Source: Geopsychrobacteraceae bacterium
GTDB lineage: Bacteria > Desulfobacterota > Desulfuromonadia > Desulfuromonadales > Geopsychrobacteraceae
Direction of reading: 5' to 3'
Assembly (NCBI GenBank): GCA_963662315.1
Contig: OY759353.1
Span: 2,912,001-2,976,000, forward strand
Length of the DNA stretch: 64,000 bases
This document shows positions 29,893 through 40,916 of the stretch, in pieces (the first letter of the stretch is position 1; each line of letters starts with the position of its first letter). Under the pieces are notes generated by a model. The model was not told where the DNA came from and did not search any database. It saw nothing but the letters and a program-made list of their open reading frames with translations. Made by a program: the position numbers and the translations under genes.

Positions 29893-30831
29893 CTAACCAT
29901 GTACTGGTAAAACAACCCGGAAGCCCTGGCACTTGTCCCGATTTCCTGCTTTACTCCGGAAGGACGCCTGTATCCAACTCGGATTCAGATACCAACTGCC
30001 GCCACGAACAACTCTATCAACACTCTCCTGGCCGGTTTCCCAGGAAAAACCTTCACACGGCGCACCCTCGTAATTATCATGCCAGGCATCCCGGCACCAC
30101 TCCCAGACATTGCCACTCATCTGATACAGTCCCAAAGCGTTGGGGGCAAAGCTGTCGACGGGAACCGTTTCCCCGCGATATTCTCCGGCGCGGGAATAAT
30201 AGGTGACATAAACTTCTGATCCATTGAAATTTGCTTCATCGGGACCGATGGTATTCTGTCCGGTACCAAAGCGCACGGCCTTACCACCTTCCCGAGCCGC
30301 ATATTCCCACTGGGCCTCGGATGGCAGCGTGTAGTTACGTCCACTCTGGCGGTTTAATTTGGCCAGGAATTCCCGGGCATCGCTCCAGCCGACATTTTCT
30401 ACCGGGTAGCGATCCCCTTTTCGAAACCAACTTGGGTTGCTCCCCATAACTGTTACCCATTCCCCCTGCGTTACTGCATAGCGCCCCATATAAAAGCCCT
30501 CCACAGTTACCGTATGCACTGGCAAGGCCTGCTTCATCCAATTATTATTTTCAGCATCCCCCAGTACATCTCCCATCTCAAAGCGTCCTCCGGGTACCCA
30601 GACAAACTCCATACCCGTAATCGCATCGCGATACTCCATGCCGTACGGCCCACCCGCCTTTACGTCCTTCGCTGGTAGCTTGATTTCCGGCACACCTTTT
30701 AGAAGCCGCGCTGTCAGATCAAGCATGTCGCGGGTTCTGGTTAAAGTAAGTTCACCAGCATTCGGCTTAGGTATCAGAAATGTTTTGCGTGTTAGTTCTT
30801 TTTTGTCTGTCATGGTTCTCCAGCGTTTCAT
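29893..30831 (-). CDS. FGE-sulfatase (SUMF1-like, CLec fold) domain protein
   Basis: FEMG, LPSEAQWEYAAR, PNALGLYQMSGNVWEW, RVVRGGSW and GFRV motifs. Confidence 0.9.
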   Translation of the reverse strand: MKRWRTMTDKKELTRKTFLIPKPNAGELTLTRTRDMLDLTARLLKGVPEIKLPAKDVKAGGPYGMEYRDAITGMEFVWVPGGRFEMGDVLGDAENNNWMKQALPVHTVTVEGFYMGRYAVTQGEWVTVMGSNPSWFRKGDRYPVENVGWSDAREFLAKLNRQSGRNYTLPSEAQWEYAAREGGKAVRFGTGQNTIGPDEANFNGSEVYVTYYSRAGEYRGETVPVDSFAPNALGLYQMSGNVWEWCRDAWHDNYEGAPCEGFSWETGQESVDRVVRGGSWYLNPSWIQASFRSKAGNRDKCQGFRVVLPVHG

Positions 30832-31164
30832 TCTTTATGGATGTGCGAAATATTTGCCTTAATACCACTTGAAATGAAGTTTTTGTTACCCGGCAGATAC
30901 TATAAATCGTTCAGAATTTATAAATGAGGGGTAACAGACGTCCATTGACACGAGTCAGGGATAGTATTCACTGATTCTCAATGAGTAAAATAGGAAACAT
31001 CTGTCGGGAAGTTTACATTAACCTGACTAGATCTCTAAGAAAAAAGATGTTTTAAATTAATTAGTCATTGTTCAGTTGATTTTTGTGCAATAAGTACGCT
31101 TGAAGGAATAATTGGAACTTGTCCAGACCACATCATTTCTTTCATTGCACTCAACAGAATCACC

Positions 31165-32562
31165 TTAACCCTCTATCAGGCGGGCCCGGAAACGTCGCCC
31201 TTTCATCTGGCCATCGTTTAGAAGACGCAGCGCAACCCGACTGATATCACTTTCGACCGCGACGAAAGACCAGTTGGGAAAAACATCGATTTTACCAACC
31301 TGGCTACCAGCAATCCGCCCGCCTGCGGTCAGTGCCCCCAGGATATCCCCGGCCCGTAACTTATTCCTCTTGCCACCATCAATCTGCAGAGTGACCATAT
31401 CTGGTTCGACTACCGGTTTGTCTAACACACTGACTGGTGGTAATGGCTCGGCTGAAAAGTCCTGATTGAGCATGCGAGCCAGACGTTCAACCTTAAACGC
31501 CTCTTTACTGCTGTATAACGAACAGGCCACTCCCTGGCTTCCTGCCCGACCGGTACGCCCAATACGGTGGATATGGACTTCGGAATCGCGGGCCAGATGA
31601 TAGTTGATCACCGCGTCAAGAGCTTCGATATCAAGACCGCGGGCCGCAACATCGGTCGCCACCAATATAGCAACGCTGCCATTAGAAAACCGCACCAAAG
31701 CCTGATCACGATCACGCTGTTCAAGATCACCATGGAGCGCCAGGGCACTGAAGCCATAGTGACATAAATAATCAGCAACGAATTGCGCATCACGCTTAGT
31801 GTTGCAGAAAACCACCGCCGAATCAGGATCGTGATGATGAAGGAGCAAACGCAAAGCCTCCTTACGCTGCAGTTGCTCGGGATCTTCCTCTACCTGGTAA
31901 AAATGCTGGCGGATGACACTGTCGGCATGGGTTGCATCGACTTTGATCATTTGCGGGTTTCTCATCACCCGCTCGGCAATTGCAGCAATTTCTTTGGGAA
32001 AGGTAGCACTGAACAGCAAGGTCTGGCGCCGCTCCGGTGTTTTCGCAATGATGGCATCGAGCTCTTCCTGAAAGCCCATATCGAGCATGCGATCGGCTTC
32101 ATCAAGGACCAACACCTGTAGATTCTGCAACTGCAATGAACCACGCCGCACATGTTCTTCAACCCTCCCGGGAGTACCGACAATGATATGCGCGCCATGT
32201 TCTAGGGAACTCAGTTGAGGACCAAACGGCATTCCCCCGCACAGGGTCAGCGCCTTGATGTTGTGAATGGCGCGTGCCAGTTTGCGAATTTCCTGAGAGA
32301 CCTGCTCGGCCAGTTCCCGGGTAGGACACAGCACCAGAGCCTGCACCCGGAAAAATTTGACATTGAGCCGCTGCAGCACTCCAAGCCCGAAAGCCGCCGT
32401 TTTCCCCGATCCGGTCTTCCCCTGGCCGATGACATCCTGCCCGGCCAGAATCGCTGGCAGGCTCTGCGCCTGAATCGGAGTCATGGTTGTATAGCCAATA
32501 TCGGTCAGGTTCGTGAGCAGATCGGCCTGAAGATTGAGAGCAGTAAAATCGGTTTGGTTCAC
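31165..32562 (-). CDS. dbpA: DEAD-box RNA helicase DbpA
   Basis: GSGKT, PTRELA, DEAD, SAT, HRIGRTGR and a C-terminal DbpA RBD (KLRAGDILGAL). Confidence 0.95.
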   Translation of the reverse strand: MNQTDFTALNLQADLLTNLTDIGYTTMTPIQAQSLPAILAGQDVIGQGKTGSGKTAAFGLGVLQRLNVKFFRVQALVLCPTRELAEQVSQEIRKLARAIHNIKALTLCGGMPFGPQLSSLEHGAHIIVGTPGRVEEHVRRGSLQLQNLQVLVLDEADRMLDMGFQEELDAIIAKTPERRQTLLFSATFPKEIAAIAERVMRNPQMIKVDATHADSVIRQHFYQVEEDPEQLQRKEALRLLLHHHDPDSAVVFCNTKRDAQFVADYLCHYGFSALALHGDLEQRDRDQALVRFSNGSVAILVATDVAARGLDIEALDAVINYHLARDSEVHIHRIGRTGRAGSQGVACSLYSSKEAFKVERLARMLNQDFSAEPLPPVSVLDKPVVEPDMVTLQIDGGKRNKLRAGDILGALTAGGRIAGSQVGKIDVFPNWSFVAVESDISRVALRLLNDGQMKGRRFRARLIEG

Positions 32563-32859
32563 GCAGGTTGTCCTGTTTCTTTGCTAAAATAAGTGTCATT
32601 TGAAAAGTCGTGGGGGGAGGTCGTCCTTTTACCATAACAGCAACAAGGACACCATCGTGAAGTTTCAGCTGTTGTTCCATAGCCACCCACATTATATGAG
32701 CAGAGGATCAAGCATTAAATTAATATCTGGCAGTTTGACCACCAATGTCAACGCCCTGTCATCATAGCTCAACATCTCAGGTCCTCACGACCAAGCAGTT
32801 TCTGTTGCTTCCCGCCTCGGGGATATCGTAGCCAGTCTGTTACCTGGCTAAGCTGCCAC

Positions 32860-32895
32860 TTGACTGAATCAATAATGAATTATATATTCACTATT
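32860..32895 (+). promoter_or_regulatory. Sigma70 promoter with overlapping inverted repeat (putative TetR operator)
   Basis: TTGACT-N17-TATATT; aataatgaat-N5-attcactatt. Confidence 0.6.
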
Positions 32896-32930
32896 AGCTC
32901 AAGTCCCTTTCTCCATGAGGAGCCTCCTAA

Positions 32931-33563
32931 ATGGTACAAATTTTAAAAGATCACGTGAAAAATCAAATTGCTAGTGCCGCTGAACGCATGTTTGCAAAAG
33001 TGGGATATAAACAGGCGACAGTGGGGATGATTGCGAATGAAGCGCGAGTATCAACAGGAAATATCTATAAGTATTTCAAAAATAAGGAAACCTTATTTAA
33101 CGCGATTATCCCCTCTGAATTTGTTGAAGAATTTAAATTACTCACCCGAAACCGCGTTGCAACACTCATTGACCCTGCGAAGAAAGAAGAAGTTCGTTCT
33201 ATAAATAGTGGGGACGCAGGACAGCTGTTACGTTTCTGGATAAAGAATCGCCTGAAAGTCATCATTATTTTGGCAAAGTCGGAAGGCTCGATATACGAAT
33301 CATTTGCACAAGAATATATTCAATCTATAACCCGACAGTCGATGGACAATCTTTCCCTGAGGCATCCCAACCTAAAAGACACAGATGTTTTTCGCTTTGT
33401 TTTCAATACCAGGCTTGCAGATACGATAAGAGGAATTGTTTCTATCTTGGAAACATTCGAAGACGAGGAACAAATCCTCGATGCATTTACGACGAGTTGG
33501 GCCTATCACTATGCAGGAATCAATGCGGTCATTGCCTGGTGTAGTCAACAAATCGATCAATAA
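32931..33563 (+). CDS. TetR/AcrR family regulator
   Basis: IANEARVSTGNIYKYFKNKETLF HTH. Confidence 0.92.
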   Translation: MVQILKDHVKNQIASAAERMFAKVGYKQATVGMIANEARVSTGNIYKYFKNKETLFNAIIPSEFVEEFKLLTRNRVATLIDPAKKEEVRSINSGDAGQLLRFWIKNRLKVIIILAKSEGSIYESFAQEYIQSITRQSMDNLSLRHPNLKDTDVFRFVFNTRLADTIRGIVSILETFEDEEQILDAFTTSWAYHYAGINAVIAWCSQQIDQ

Positions 33564-33585
33564 AAAATGACTTAAGGATCGAAAT

Positions 33586-33942
33586 ATGAGCATATTCAGC
33601 ATCATTGCCGAAGCAAAAATTCAGGATTGGTTTCGAAGAAAAAATGCAGGAGAACTGAAACAACCTGATCCTGATCTGACCATCGATAAAGCCAAGTGCG
33701 CTGAATCATATTTGCTTGAGGATATTTTGCGACTGATTAAACAAGCCAATGAAGAACATTCTGAAGCACGTGATATCCTTTTGCAAAAAGCCAAAGAAAT
33801 GGAAATTCAGTTACTCACAACGCTCGAAAAAGATGGGTTTTATTTGATGGCACAAATGAATGCAGAAACAATTCGGGAACATAAAAACCTTTATAAACAA
33901 AAAGACACGGGGGAATTATCCCCTGAAACGGACAAGGGCTGA
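33586..33942 (+). CDS. Hypothetical protein (DUF1992-like N-terminus)
   Basis: IAEAKIQ...AGE start; RBS present. Confidence 0.55.
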   Translation: MSIFSIIAEAKIQDWFRRKNAGELKQPDPDLTIDKAKCAESYLLEDILRLIKQANEEHSEARDILLQKAKEMEIQLLTTLEKDGFYLMAQMNAETIREHKNLYKQKDTGELSPETDKG

Positions 33943-33963
33943 GTCCCACCCCCACTGACTCGC

Positions 33964-33999
33964 GACCTACTATTCTTTTAGATTAAAGAATAGTAGGTC
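33964..33999. terminator. 15-bp perfect hairpin between convergent genes
   Basis: gacctactattcttt/aaagaatagtaggtc. Confidence 0.65.
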
Positions 34000-34043
34000 T
34001 GAAAAATTTATAACCCCACAGGTGATCAGTGTTGCGAATCTGG

Positions 34044-34739
34044 TCAAATCAGACCAACATCGGATTTATGCAGTTTTTGACTCAGAGTTGCTGCATAACT
34101 TTTGAAATCACGATTATGTTTGATAACAAGCGATCTGAGAAAACCGACGACACTCCCGGCAATAAACAGCGGCAGCATAATAACTGGCGAAAGAGTCAGA
34201 CTCATCATGACAGCCTCTCGGAGTTGTTTGTGTTGAAAATCGTGCACATCGATAGCAAAGGCAATCAATGCTATACAACATAGGGTCAAGATACTCGCCC
34301 AAGGATACATTTGAGCACGTATGGATTCACCATCTATCACGGCCTTATGGGTATTGTGGTTAACCGAACTGAGATATGAACCCTGTTTATTTTTGCCATG
34401 GGTCAACAGGAACAGAGTCAATTCCTGGCCACTATCCCCGATAGCATCCTTACTCTGCAATTCAATACTCTCCACTTCCCCCTTTAATTGTAGACTCTGC
34501 TGATCATTGAGAGGGAAATTGTAGTTGTCAAGTTCAGGAACACGAAGATGACGCCCTATGGTGGGAGCATTGTAAACCATATCGCGACGGAACTCGATAC
34601 GCTCTATAATTCCGGTATTTTCAAAAATTTCATATTTCAAGCCCAATGCGCTACCTTCTGCAATTTTCTTTTTCATGGTGGTGTTCTCTGTGTTTCTTAA
34701 GATGGTTAGTGATTTCTTTAGTAACAGATAGTAGGACAA
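34044..34739 (-). CDS. Hypothetical membrane protein (true start probably near 34676)
   Basis: Long ORF with two C-terminal TM segments. Confidence 0.55.
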   Translation of the reverse strand: MSYYLLLKKSLTILRNTENTTMKKKIAEGSALGLKYEIFENTGIIERIEFRRDMVYNAPTIGRHLRVPELDNYNFPLNDQQSLQLKGEVESIELQSKDAIGDSGQELTLFLLTHGKNKQGSYLSSVNHNTHKAVIDGESIRAQMYPWASILTLCCIALIAFAIDVHDFQHKQLREAVMMSLTLSPVIMLPLFIAGSVVGFLRSLVIKHNRDFKSYAATLSQKLHKSDVGLI

Positions 34740-35289
34740 TTGATCTTCTGACTATTTCTGTTAACTCAGGTCCAATACTGAAATCTTAGGACCAAAACGG
34801 GATGGATTGCAATCGGTTTTTCGATGAAAAACCTTTGTATCACAGGTAGTTAACCTTCTACTTAAAATAAAAAAACGATGTATCAAAAACATAACTGCCC
34901 ATATGTGGGATAGCATCATTCAACGCAACTGCTAAGGATTTTAGTGGTTTCTACAGTCAAATTCTGTTTTCCGTAGCGCTGAAAGCAGGTTAACTCCTTA
35001 TCTTTGGGGAATAAATCGGCGCTCTTGAAAAGAATGAATATAATAATAAGTTATATTTTTTAAACCATTGGCTGTTCTTAAATAGAGGATTTTCTATTCG
35101 CTTTTAAAATTCAGATAAAAAGATATGCAAGGGAAGAAGGCGAGATCACATGGTCCTGGACCTCGTTTTTGAACCTGAAACACATGCGTTCAGGGGATAA
35201 CAAGAAAAACCCGTCACGCGTCATAGCGATAATCGGCATAACGGGCTTTTCTTGTTGATTATATACCTTGGAAGACGCGGCGCGGCTAC

Positions 35290-37455
35290 TTAGTGTGGCA
35301 AAGGATTCGTAGCACGCATATCAACTGCGGCAGGGACACAGCCCTTTTCAGCAGTAGTGACGTCACTCATCAAGTTGCTGGCCGCAATCTGTTTCATCCG
35401 TTCAAGCATGGCTGTTTGGCGCTCGGCAACCAAGTCTTTGCGTTCCGGGAGTTCTGAATATTCCACTAAGCTCCCGGTAATCAAAGCAGATCGATCGACC
35501 AGATCAAGACGATGATCACGAAGGTTAAAGCGCAGAATATCGCCATCAACCAAAGAACCGATGCCGCCACCGCCAAAAGCTTCCGGCGTGACATGTCCGA
35601 CGCAGGCTCCCTTGGTGACACCCGAGTAACGGCCGTCTGTCAGCAGAATGGAAGAGGCTTCCAGAATCTGATGATGTTTCAAATGGTGCGCAGGAGCAAA
35701 CATTTCCGGCATTCCGAAAGCAACCGGTCCCTGACCAGCAATGACGAAGGCAAACGACAAGGCTCCAGAAGCAACCAACTGGTAGATGTTCTGTCGCTCA
35801 AAGACATTAATGTTTCCCTTTGAATTATGCTTCAAAATCGCTGTGATCAGTTCTTGCGGCTGTTTTTCAACTAAGCTGCCAAGCATATCAAGTAACTTGG
35901 GAGATGAAATTTCATCAATGCAGAGATGTTCGTTTTCGTAGTAGCGGACAAACAACAGCTGATCATTAAAGCGGTCAAACTGGCGATCAGTCATCCCGGC
36001 CAGCTTGACGATAGCCGTCGACATGAAGTTGCCACGCAACACTTCAACCCCGGAAGCTTGGCGTACCGGCGTGGTTCTAATTACCGACTTATCGCCTAAA
36101 TCTGGATCAACAGGAGTCACCAACGCGGCTATCCGCTCTCCCCAGGTTTTGCCAGTCATGGTCGGGGCATCGAAATCCATAGCGATGCCGATATCACTAA
36201 GAATCCGATAAATACTATCGATCCCATGGTTCTGCCCTTTGAGGAATTGCTGGGCAAGAACAAATGTATCGCGCCCGTCTGTCAGACTGTGAGCAAACAT
36301 CTCAGGAACTGGGGTTTCCTTGCGAACCTTCTCGTAATCAAGGATAGAAATATCAAATCCTGCATAGCGAAGAATAGCCGGAAGGTGGAGGAGAATATTC
36401 GAAGAACTCCCTGTGGTATTGTGCAGTCGGACTGCGTTCCTGAAGTTCCGTCCGATGACATTGGTGATTCGCAAAGCCTCCTTGTTCAGGCTCTCGTAAA
36501 GCATATCTACAGCCTTGGCGACAATCTCGGGAGCTGGGGTATCGATAAGAAGTTCTGCCTCCGGAGGAGCAAAACCAAGGGCCGAGATCAACGTTCGGGA
36601 AGAATTCCCGGTTCCATTAAAAGCACAGATACCACCGTGCTTATCGCAAGTTGCTGCGGCCAAAGCATTGAGGATAGCACGCGCTTCGTGTTCTGCAATC
36701 AGATCAAGCTGAACAGCGCGATGCATCTGTCCGAGGAACGCCTCATCGGAAGAACACTGCAGGATATAGCGCATGTTTTCGGCAATATCCTCAGCAAGAT
36801 CGGCATAGCCCTTGGCACGGGCCCGATCCATCAATGCCTTAAGTCGATCCTTGGTTGCTGCTGGAATTTCTCCTCCTTTAAGGACATGTTCCGGCACAAA
36901 AACAGCCCAGACCGGGGCCTGTTTGCGATCAGGATGGCTTCGAGCGAGATCTGCAGCAGCAAGCCCTGAGAGAACGGCTGCCGGGAACTTGTCGCAGCTG
37001 GAAAGAACGTAGGCGGCGTGATAGGAATGTCCTTCAAAAGTAATGTTGACCGCGCTAGCAGTTTGGTTGCGCGAGGCCAATGAATAGCTCTGACCTATAT
37101 TGCTCTGAGCCGTACCATCACAAATGACCGGAATACCGAAGACAAAGGGGACTCCGCCATTTTCCCAGATCCTCAGAGTTGCCAGGCTGATGTGCATGTC
37201 ATCACGCAGATGAGCAGGATGATCCAAAGACCCGGTAATGATGGCAATCCGTGGGCGGTTAGTGACCAGCCTCTCGACAATTTCTTCCAGGGTTACTTTT
37301 CCCGGATTAAGAGAAGGTTCGCTGCTCTTAACATAGTCCCAAGCCTTGTTAATGGCGGCCAGCACGCAAATTGGCTCATTGGCCAGCCCCTGAATACACT
37401 CTCGATAAGGATTATATTCCTCCTTAATGACGAGATTTGCATAGATATTTTCCAT
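35290..37455 (-). CDS. IlvD/Edd-family Fe-S dehydratase, unusually long
   Basis: ICDG, SCDK, GICAFNGTGNS, GMPEM and TDGRYSG motifs. Confidence 0.88.
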   Translation of the reverse strand: MENIYANLVIKEEYNPYRECIQGLANEPICVLAAINKAWDYVKSSEPSLNPGKVTLEEIVERLVTNRPRIAIITGSLDHPAHLRDDMHISLATLRIWENGGVPFVFGIPVICDGTAQSNIGQSYSLASRNQTASAVNITFEGHSYHAAYVLSSCDKFPAAVLSGLAAADLARSHPDRKQAPVWAVFVPEHVLKGGEIPAATKDRLKALMDRARAKGYADLAEDIAENMRYILQCSSDEAFLGQMHRAVQLDLIAEHEARAILNALAAATCDKHGGICAFNGTGNSSRTLISALGFAPPEAELLIDTPAPEIVAKAVDMLYESLNKEALRITNVIGRNFRNAVRLHNTTGSSSNILLHLPAILRYAGFDISILDYEKVRKETPVPEMFAHSLTDGRDTFVLAQQFLKGQNHGIDSIYRILSDIGIAMDFDAPTMTGKTWGERIAALVTPVDPDLGDKSVIRTTPVRQASGVEVLRGNFMSTAIVKLAGMTDRQFDRFNDQLLFVRYYENEHLCIDEISSPKLLDMLGSLVEKQPQELITAILKHNSKGNINVFERQNIYQLVASGALSFAFVIAGQGPVAFGMPEMFAPAHHLKHHQILEASSILLTDGRYSGVTKGACVGHVTPEAFGGGGIGSLVDGDILRFNLRDHRLDLVDRSALITGSLVEYSELPERKDLVAERQTAMLERMKQIAASNLMSDVTTAEKGCVPAAVDMRATNPLPH

Positions 37456-37776
37456 TCTGAACCTATCCTTTTTCAAAGAGAAACATTAAGACTGGTGAAC
37501 ATTCATCTCTTAAGCAAAGAGCCTTCATTGACTACCGTTATGGGATAAATCCATATCAACACCACAGATTCCTTCAAGGCGATTCTGGAACAGCCATGGC
37601 GCGATCAGCTTAAACCCCGCTTAGGTATTAAAATTTAGCAGGAAGGCTGTTTGGGGCGGCATGAGTATCACTGCCCCAAACTTTGCGTGTGGATAAAATC
37701 GAATTTTTAACGACCAGAGAGGGATGTCAGTCCTACGGTATTGAGGGCAGATTAACGCTCCTGTTATCCCCCTTGG

Positions 37777-39051
37777 CTAACCCGCCAAAACCCTCGCTGG
37801 AAACATTACGATTTCCGGATATGCGGCAACGATTACCAACGTGACAAGGTTTACGGCATAAAAAGGCATAGTCGCGATGGTCAGTCGTTCGATGGGCACC
37901 TTTGAAACCTGTGCAGTTGCAAACAGGCAGGTTCCAACGGGAGGCGAAGCAAGTCCGATGGCCAAAGCAACACACATGAAGACCAGAAAGTGAAGGGGAT
38001 CGACCCCCGCCTGAGTTGCGGCAGGCAAGAGCACGGGAATCAACATCAGAGCTGCAGCCACGATATCCATCAACATTCCAACGATTAGAAATACCACTCC
38101 CATCATAATTAAAGTGGCAAATTGACTGGTTGCAATCGACGACATGGCTGACGCGGCCTTCATCGGCAGCAGGTCAACTGTAAACACGAAGGTCGCCGCA
38201 TTAGCTACCATCAGGATCAGAAGCACTGATCCTGCCGACTGCCCAGCCCTGATGACCAGGGGCACGAAATCCTTGCATTTGAGTTCACGGTAGACAAAAA
38301 ATCCTACCAGGAAAGTATAGACCACCGCCAGCCCAGCCGCCTCGGTCGGAGTGACGATTCCCGAGAACATCCCCGTCAAGATGATGATCGGCGCTCCGAT
38401 TGCGGGCATCGCCCGCATGATCGAGGCGAGGCTCTTCCGGCTGTCGTAACGTGTTATAACGCCATACCCCAGTCGTTTTGAAATAAAGGTGTTATAAACA
38501 GCCAGCAACCCGGCCAACAACAAGCCCGGTCCGAGTCCTCCGGCCAGTGCCGCTCCGACAGACTGCCCAGATGAAGAAGCCGCAACAATCATCAGGATGC
38601 TCGGCGGTACCAGCGTTGCAAGGGTGGACGTGATTAACGTCAATGCTGCAGAGTAGGGAACAGGATAGCCCCGCGAAGTCATAGCCCGTATCGTAATCGG
38701 ACCGAGGCTGGCGATGTCGGCCACAGACGATCCTGAAATACCGCCGAAAATAAAGCTGGAGACAATGTTTACATGTCCAAGACCGCCCCGAAACCGTCCA
38801 ACCATTGCCTCGGAAGCATCAAAGATCTTTTCCGAAAGACCTCCTCGTTCCATAATTTGACCAGCAAGGATGAACAGCGGAACAGAGATCAAAAGAAAGC
38901 TGTTGACGGAAGTTGCCATCGTCTGGGTAATCATTGACAACGGCAAGTCAAAATACCAAAGCGTACTCACAGCGGCGACGCCCAGAGACAAGGAAACCGG
39001 AACACCTAGCAAAGCCAAGATGACGAACACGACAAACAGCATAGTACTCAT
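37777..39051 (-). CDS. dctM: TRAP large permease
   Basis: GISGSSVAD, VPPS, TPTEA and SPPVG motifs. Confidence 0.93.
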   Translation of the reverse strand: MSTMLFVVFVILALLGVPVSLSLGVAAVSTLWYFDLPLSMITQTMATSVNSFLLISVPLFILAGQIMERGGLSEKIFDASEAMVGRFRGGLGHVNIVSSFIFGGISGSSVADIASLGPITIRAMTSRGYPVPYSAALTLITSTLATLVPPSILMIVAASSSGQSVGAALAGGLGPGLLLAGLLAVYNTFISKRLGYGVITRYDSRKSLASIMRAMPAIGAPIIILTGMFSGIVTPTEAAGLAVVYTFLVGFFVYRELKCKDFVPLVIRAGQSAGSVLLILMVANAATFVFTVDLLPMKAASAMSSIATSQFATLIMMGVVFLIVGMLMDIVAAALMLIPVLLPAATQAGVDPLHFLVFMCVALAIGLASPPVGTCLFATAQVSKVPIERLTIATMPFYAVNLVTLVIVAAYPEIVMFPARVLAG

Positions 39052-39542
39052 TTCCTAACCCCCGCTTCTTCCTTTTGATCCACATGTTTTTCATAGTAGG
39101 TGTTCACAATCACACCGATGGGTGCCAGTATGGAGCCAAACACCAAAGGCAAAGTCGTCACCCACATACCTATCTGAAGAGTTGGGGAGATTTCACCAAA
39201 TTTAATCTGTTGTTTGAGCAAGGCAACTCCGTACCAGCCGACGAGGCCAAAGAACACCACCGCGCAAACCGGGGTTAGATGACGCAATACCCGTTGAACT
39301 GAAGGGGGGAACAAACTGACGCAGAATTCCACGGAAGGATGATTGGCCTGTCTAAATCCCGTTGCCATGCCAAGAAAGGTGGTCCAAATGAACAGGAAGC
39401 GCGACAGTTCCTCGGTCCAAGGACTCGAATGGCCGATGGCCCGTGTTGTCACCTGGGTGACGATCAGAAAAACCATACCGAAAACGGCAATAAAGATAAT
39501 ACCGTCCACGACTCTCCAAAGATACCTGTCAAAAACCTTCAT
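39048..39542 (-). CDS. dctQ: TRAP small permease
   Basis: PWTEELSRFLFIW motif. Confidence 0.9.
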   Translation of the reverse strand: MKVFDRYLWRVVDGIIFIAVFGMVFLIVTQVTTRAIGHSSPWTEELSRFLFIWTTFLGMATGFRQANHPSVEFCVSLFPPSVQRVLRHLTPVCAVVFFGLVGWYGVALLKQQIKFGEISPTLQIGMWVTTLPLVFGSILAPIGVIVNTYYEKHVDQKEEAGVRK

Positions 39543-39771
39543 AGACTCAACATCCTACCCTTGCCGTGAGTCGCCCTGAAATTCAACTGCGACCCGACTG
39601 ATTACCAACGACTATTACGCACCTTGACTCAGAGCCCCGTTGCCCGATGCATCCTTGGCACAACATGCAAGGTAGCTGAGCTGAATTACCGCCAGGACGT
39701 TTCGATATCCTGACGGCAATCCAAGGGGTCATTCAACTTTAACATTCTCGTTTACAGTTGAACGATCGCTG

Positions 39772-40818
39772 TTAGTTTTTCAGGAAATCCATGCTGTATT
39801 TCATAAATTCGGCACCAATCTTCCCCTCGAACTCAGGATAGATGGTCCGTGCGATTTCTTGAACCTTCTCAAGCTCACCAGGTTCGAAGTAGTTAACCTG
39901 CATACCGAGACCTTTGAGTTTTTCAATGATCTGAGCTTCTTGGGCGATCTCCTCGTCGTCATGCTGTTTTACCATCTTTGCTGCAGCGGTTCTAATAGCG
40001 TCATGGTACTTGGCAGGAACCTTATTCCAGGCATTATTAGACATGGCCAGAAGGAACGAATCTGCCAGGTGCTGGGTAATGTTCAAGTGGCCCTGAACCT
40101 CGTAAAATTTATTATTGTATGGCACTTCAACCGGGTTCTCTTGACCGTCGATCGCCTTGAGTTGGAGGGCGCTGTAAACCTCTGAAAAGGCCATAGGGGT
40201 CGGATTGGCACCAAGCGCCTGGAACAAACGAACCCACAGTGGGTTGTTCGGGGTGCGAAGCGTGATACCCTTGAAATCACTTGCCTTGGTGATCGGAGTT
40301 TCTCTGGTCGTCACGTCCCTGAAGGTTCTCAGGAAAATACCCAGGCCGACGATATTCAGACGATCCAGAGATTCAAGAAGAACAGTCCCCGGTTTTCCGC
40401 CAAGGTAGCCCCTCAATTGGTCATAATCTTTGAACAGATAGGGCAGGCTGATCGCGTTCATCCGCGGCTCGAAGGAGGCATAGACGCTGCTGGCCAGAAT
40501 CAATGCGTCCATAGCACCGCTGCCCAATTGGTTAATCGCCGCATTCTGGTCTTTACCGAACAAGATGCCGTCGGCGAAGACCTGGAGCTTGACCTCACCT
40601 CCGGTCTCCTCACTTACGAATTTGGCAAATTCGGTAGCAGCACGGCCTACGGAAGACCCGATCGGGTCTGGGATTGCAATACGAAGAGTGGTTGCCGCCT
40701 CAGCTTTGCTGCTGAGCGCAGGTACGCCGATCAGTAAAACGGCCGTCAGCGCAGCAACTGATTTCATCAGCTTGCGCCGTGTGATCGTAAATCTGCTTTC
40801 ATTGGTTTCGAGTGTCAT
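39772..40818 (-). CDS. dctP: TRAP substrate-binding protein
   Basis: TRRKLM signal; MAFSEVYSALQ...IDGQENP. Confidence 0.93.
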   Translation of the reverse strand: MTLETNESRFTITRRKLMKSVAALTAVLLIGVPALSSKAEAATTLRIAIPDPIGSSVGRAATEFAKFVSEETGGEVKLQVFADGILFGKDQNAAINQLGSGAMDALILASSVYASFEPRMNAISLPYLFKDYDQLRGYLGGKPGTVLLESLDRLNIVGLGIFLRTFRDVTTRETPITKASDFKGITLRTPNNPLWVRLFQALGANPTPMAFSEVYSALQLKAIDGQENPVEVPYNNKFYEVQGHLNITQHLADSFLLAMSNNAWNKVPAKYHDAIRTAAAKMVKQHDDEEIAQEAQIIEKLKGLGMQVNYFEPGELEKVQEIARTIYPEFEGKIGAEFMKYSMDFLKN

Positions 40819-40916
40819 GACAGTCTCCTTTTCAGATTAGGTTAAGTCCATCGTTTAGGTTTTGACGCTTCCCTTCATCCTTGGTGCTACATCATGTGGT
40901 TCTCTTGAAGCCTATT

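Noticed and set aside
29893..30831. DGR target gene or true formylglycine-generating enzyme
   Set aside because: No template repeat or intact RT is seen in the window, and the catalytic Cys pair is absent.
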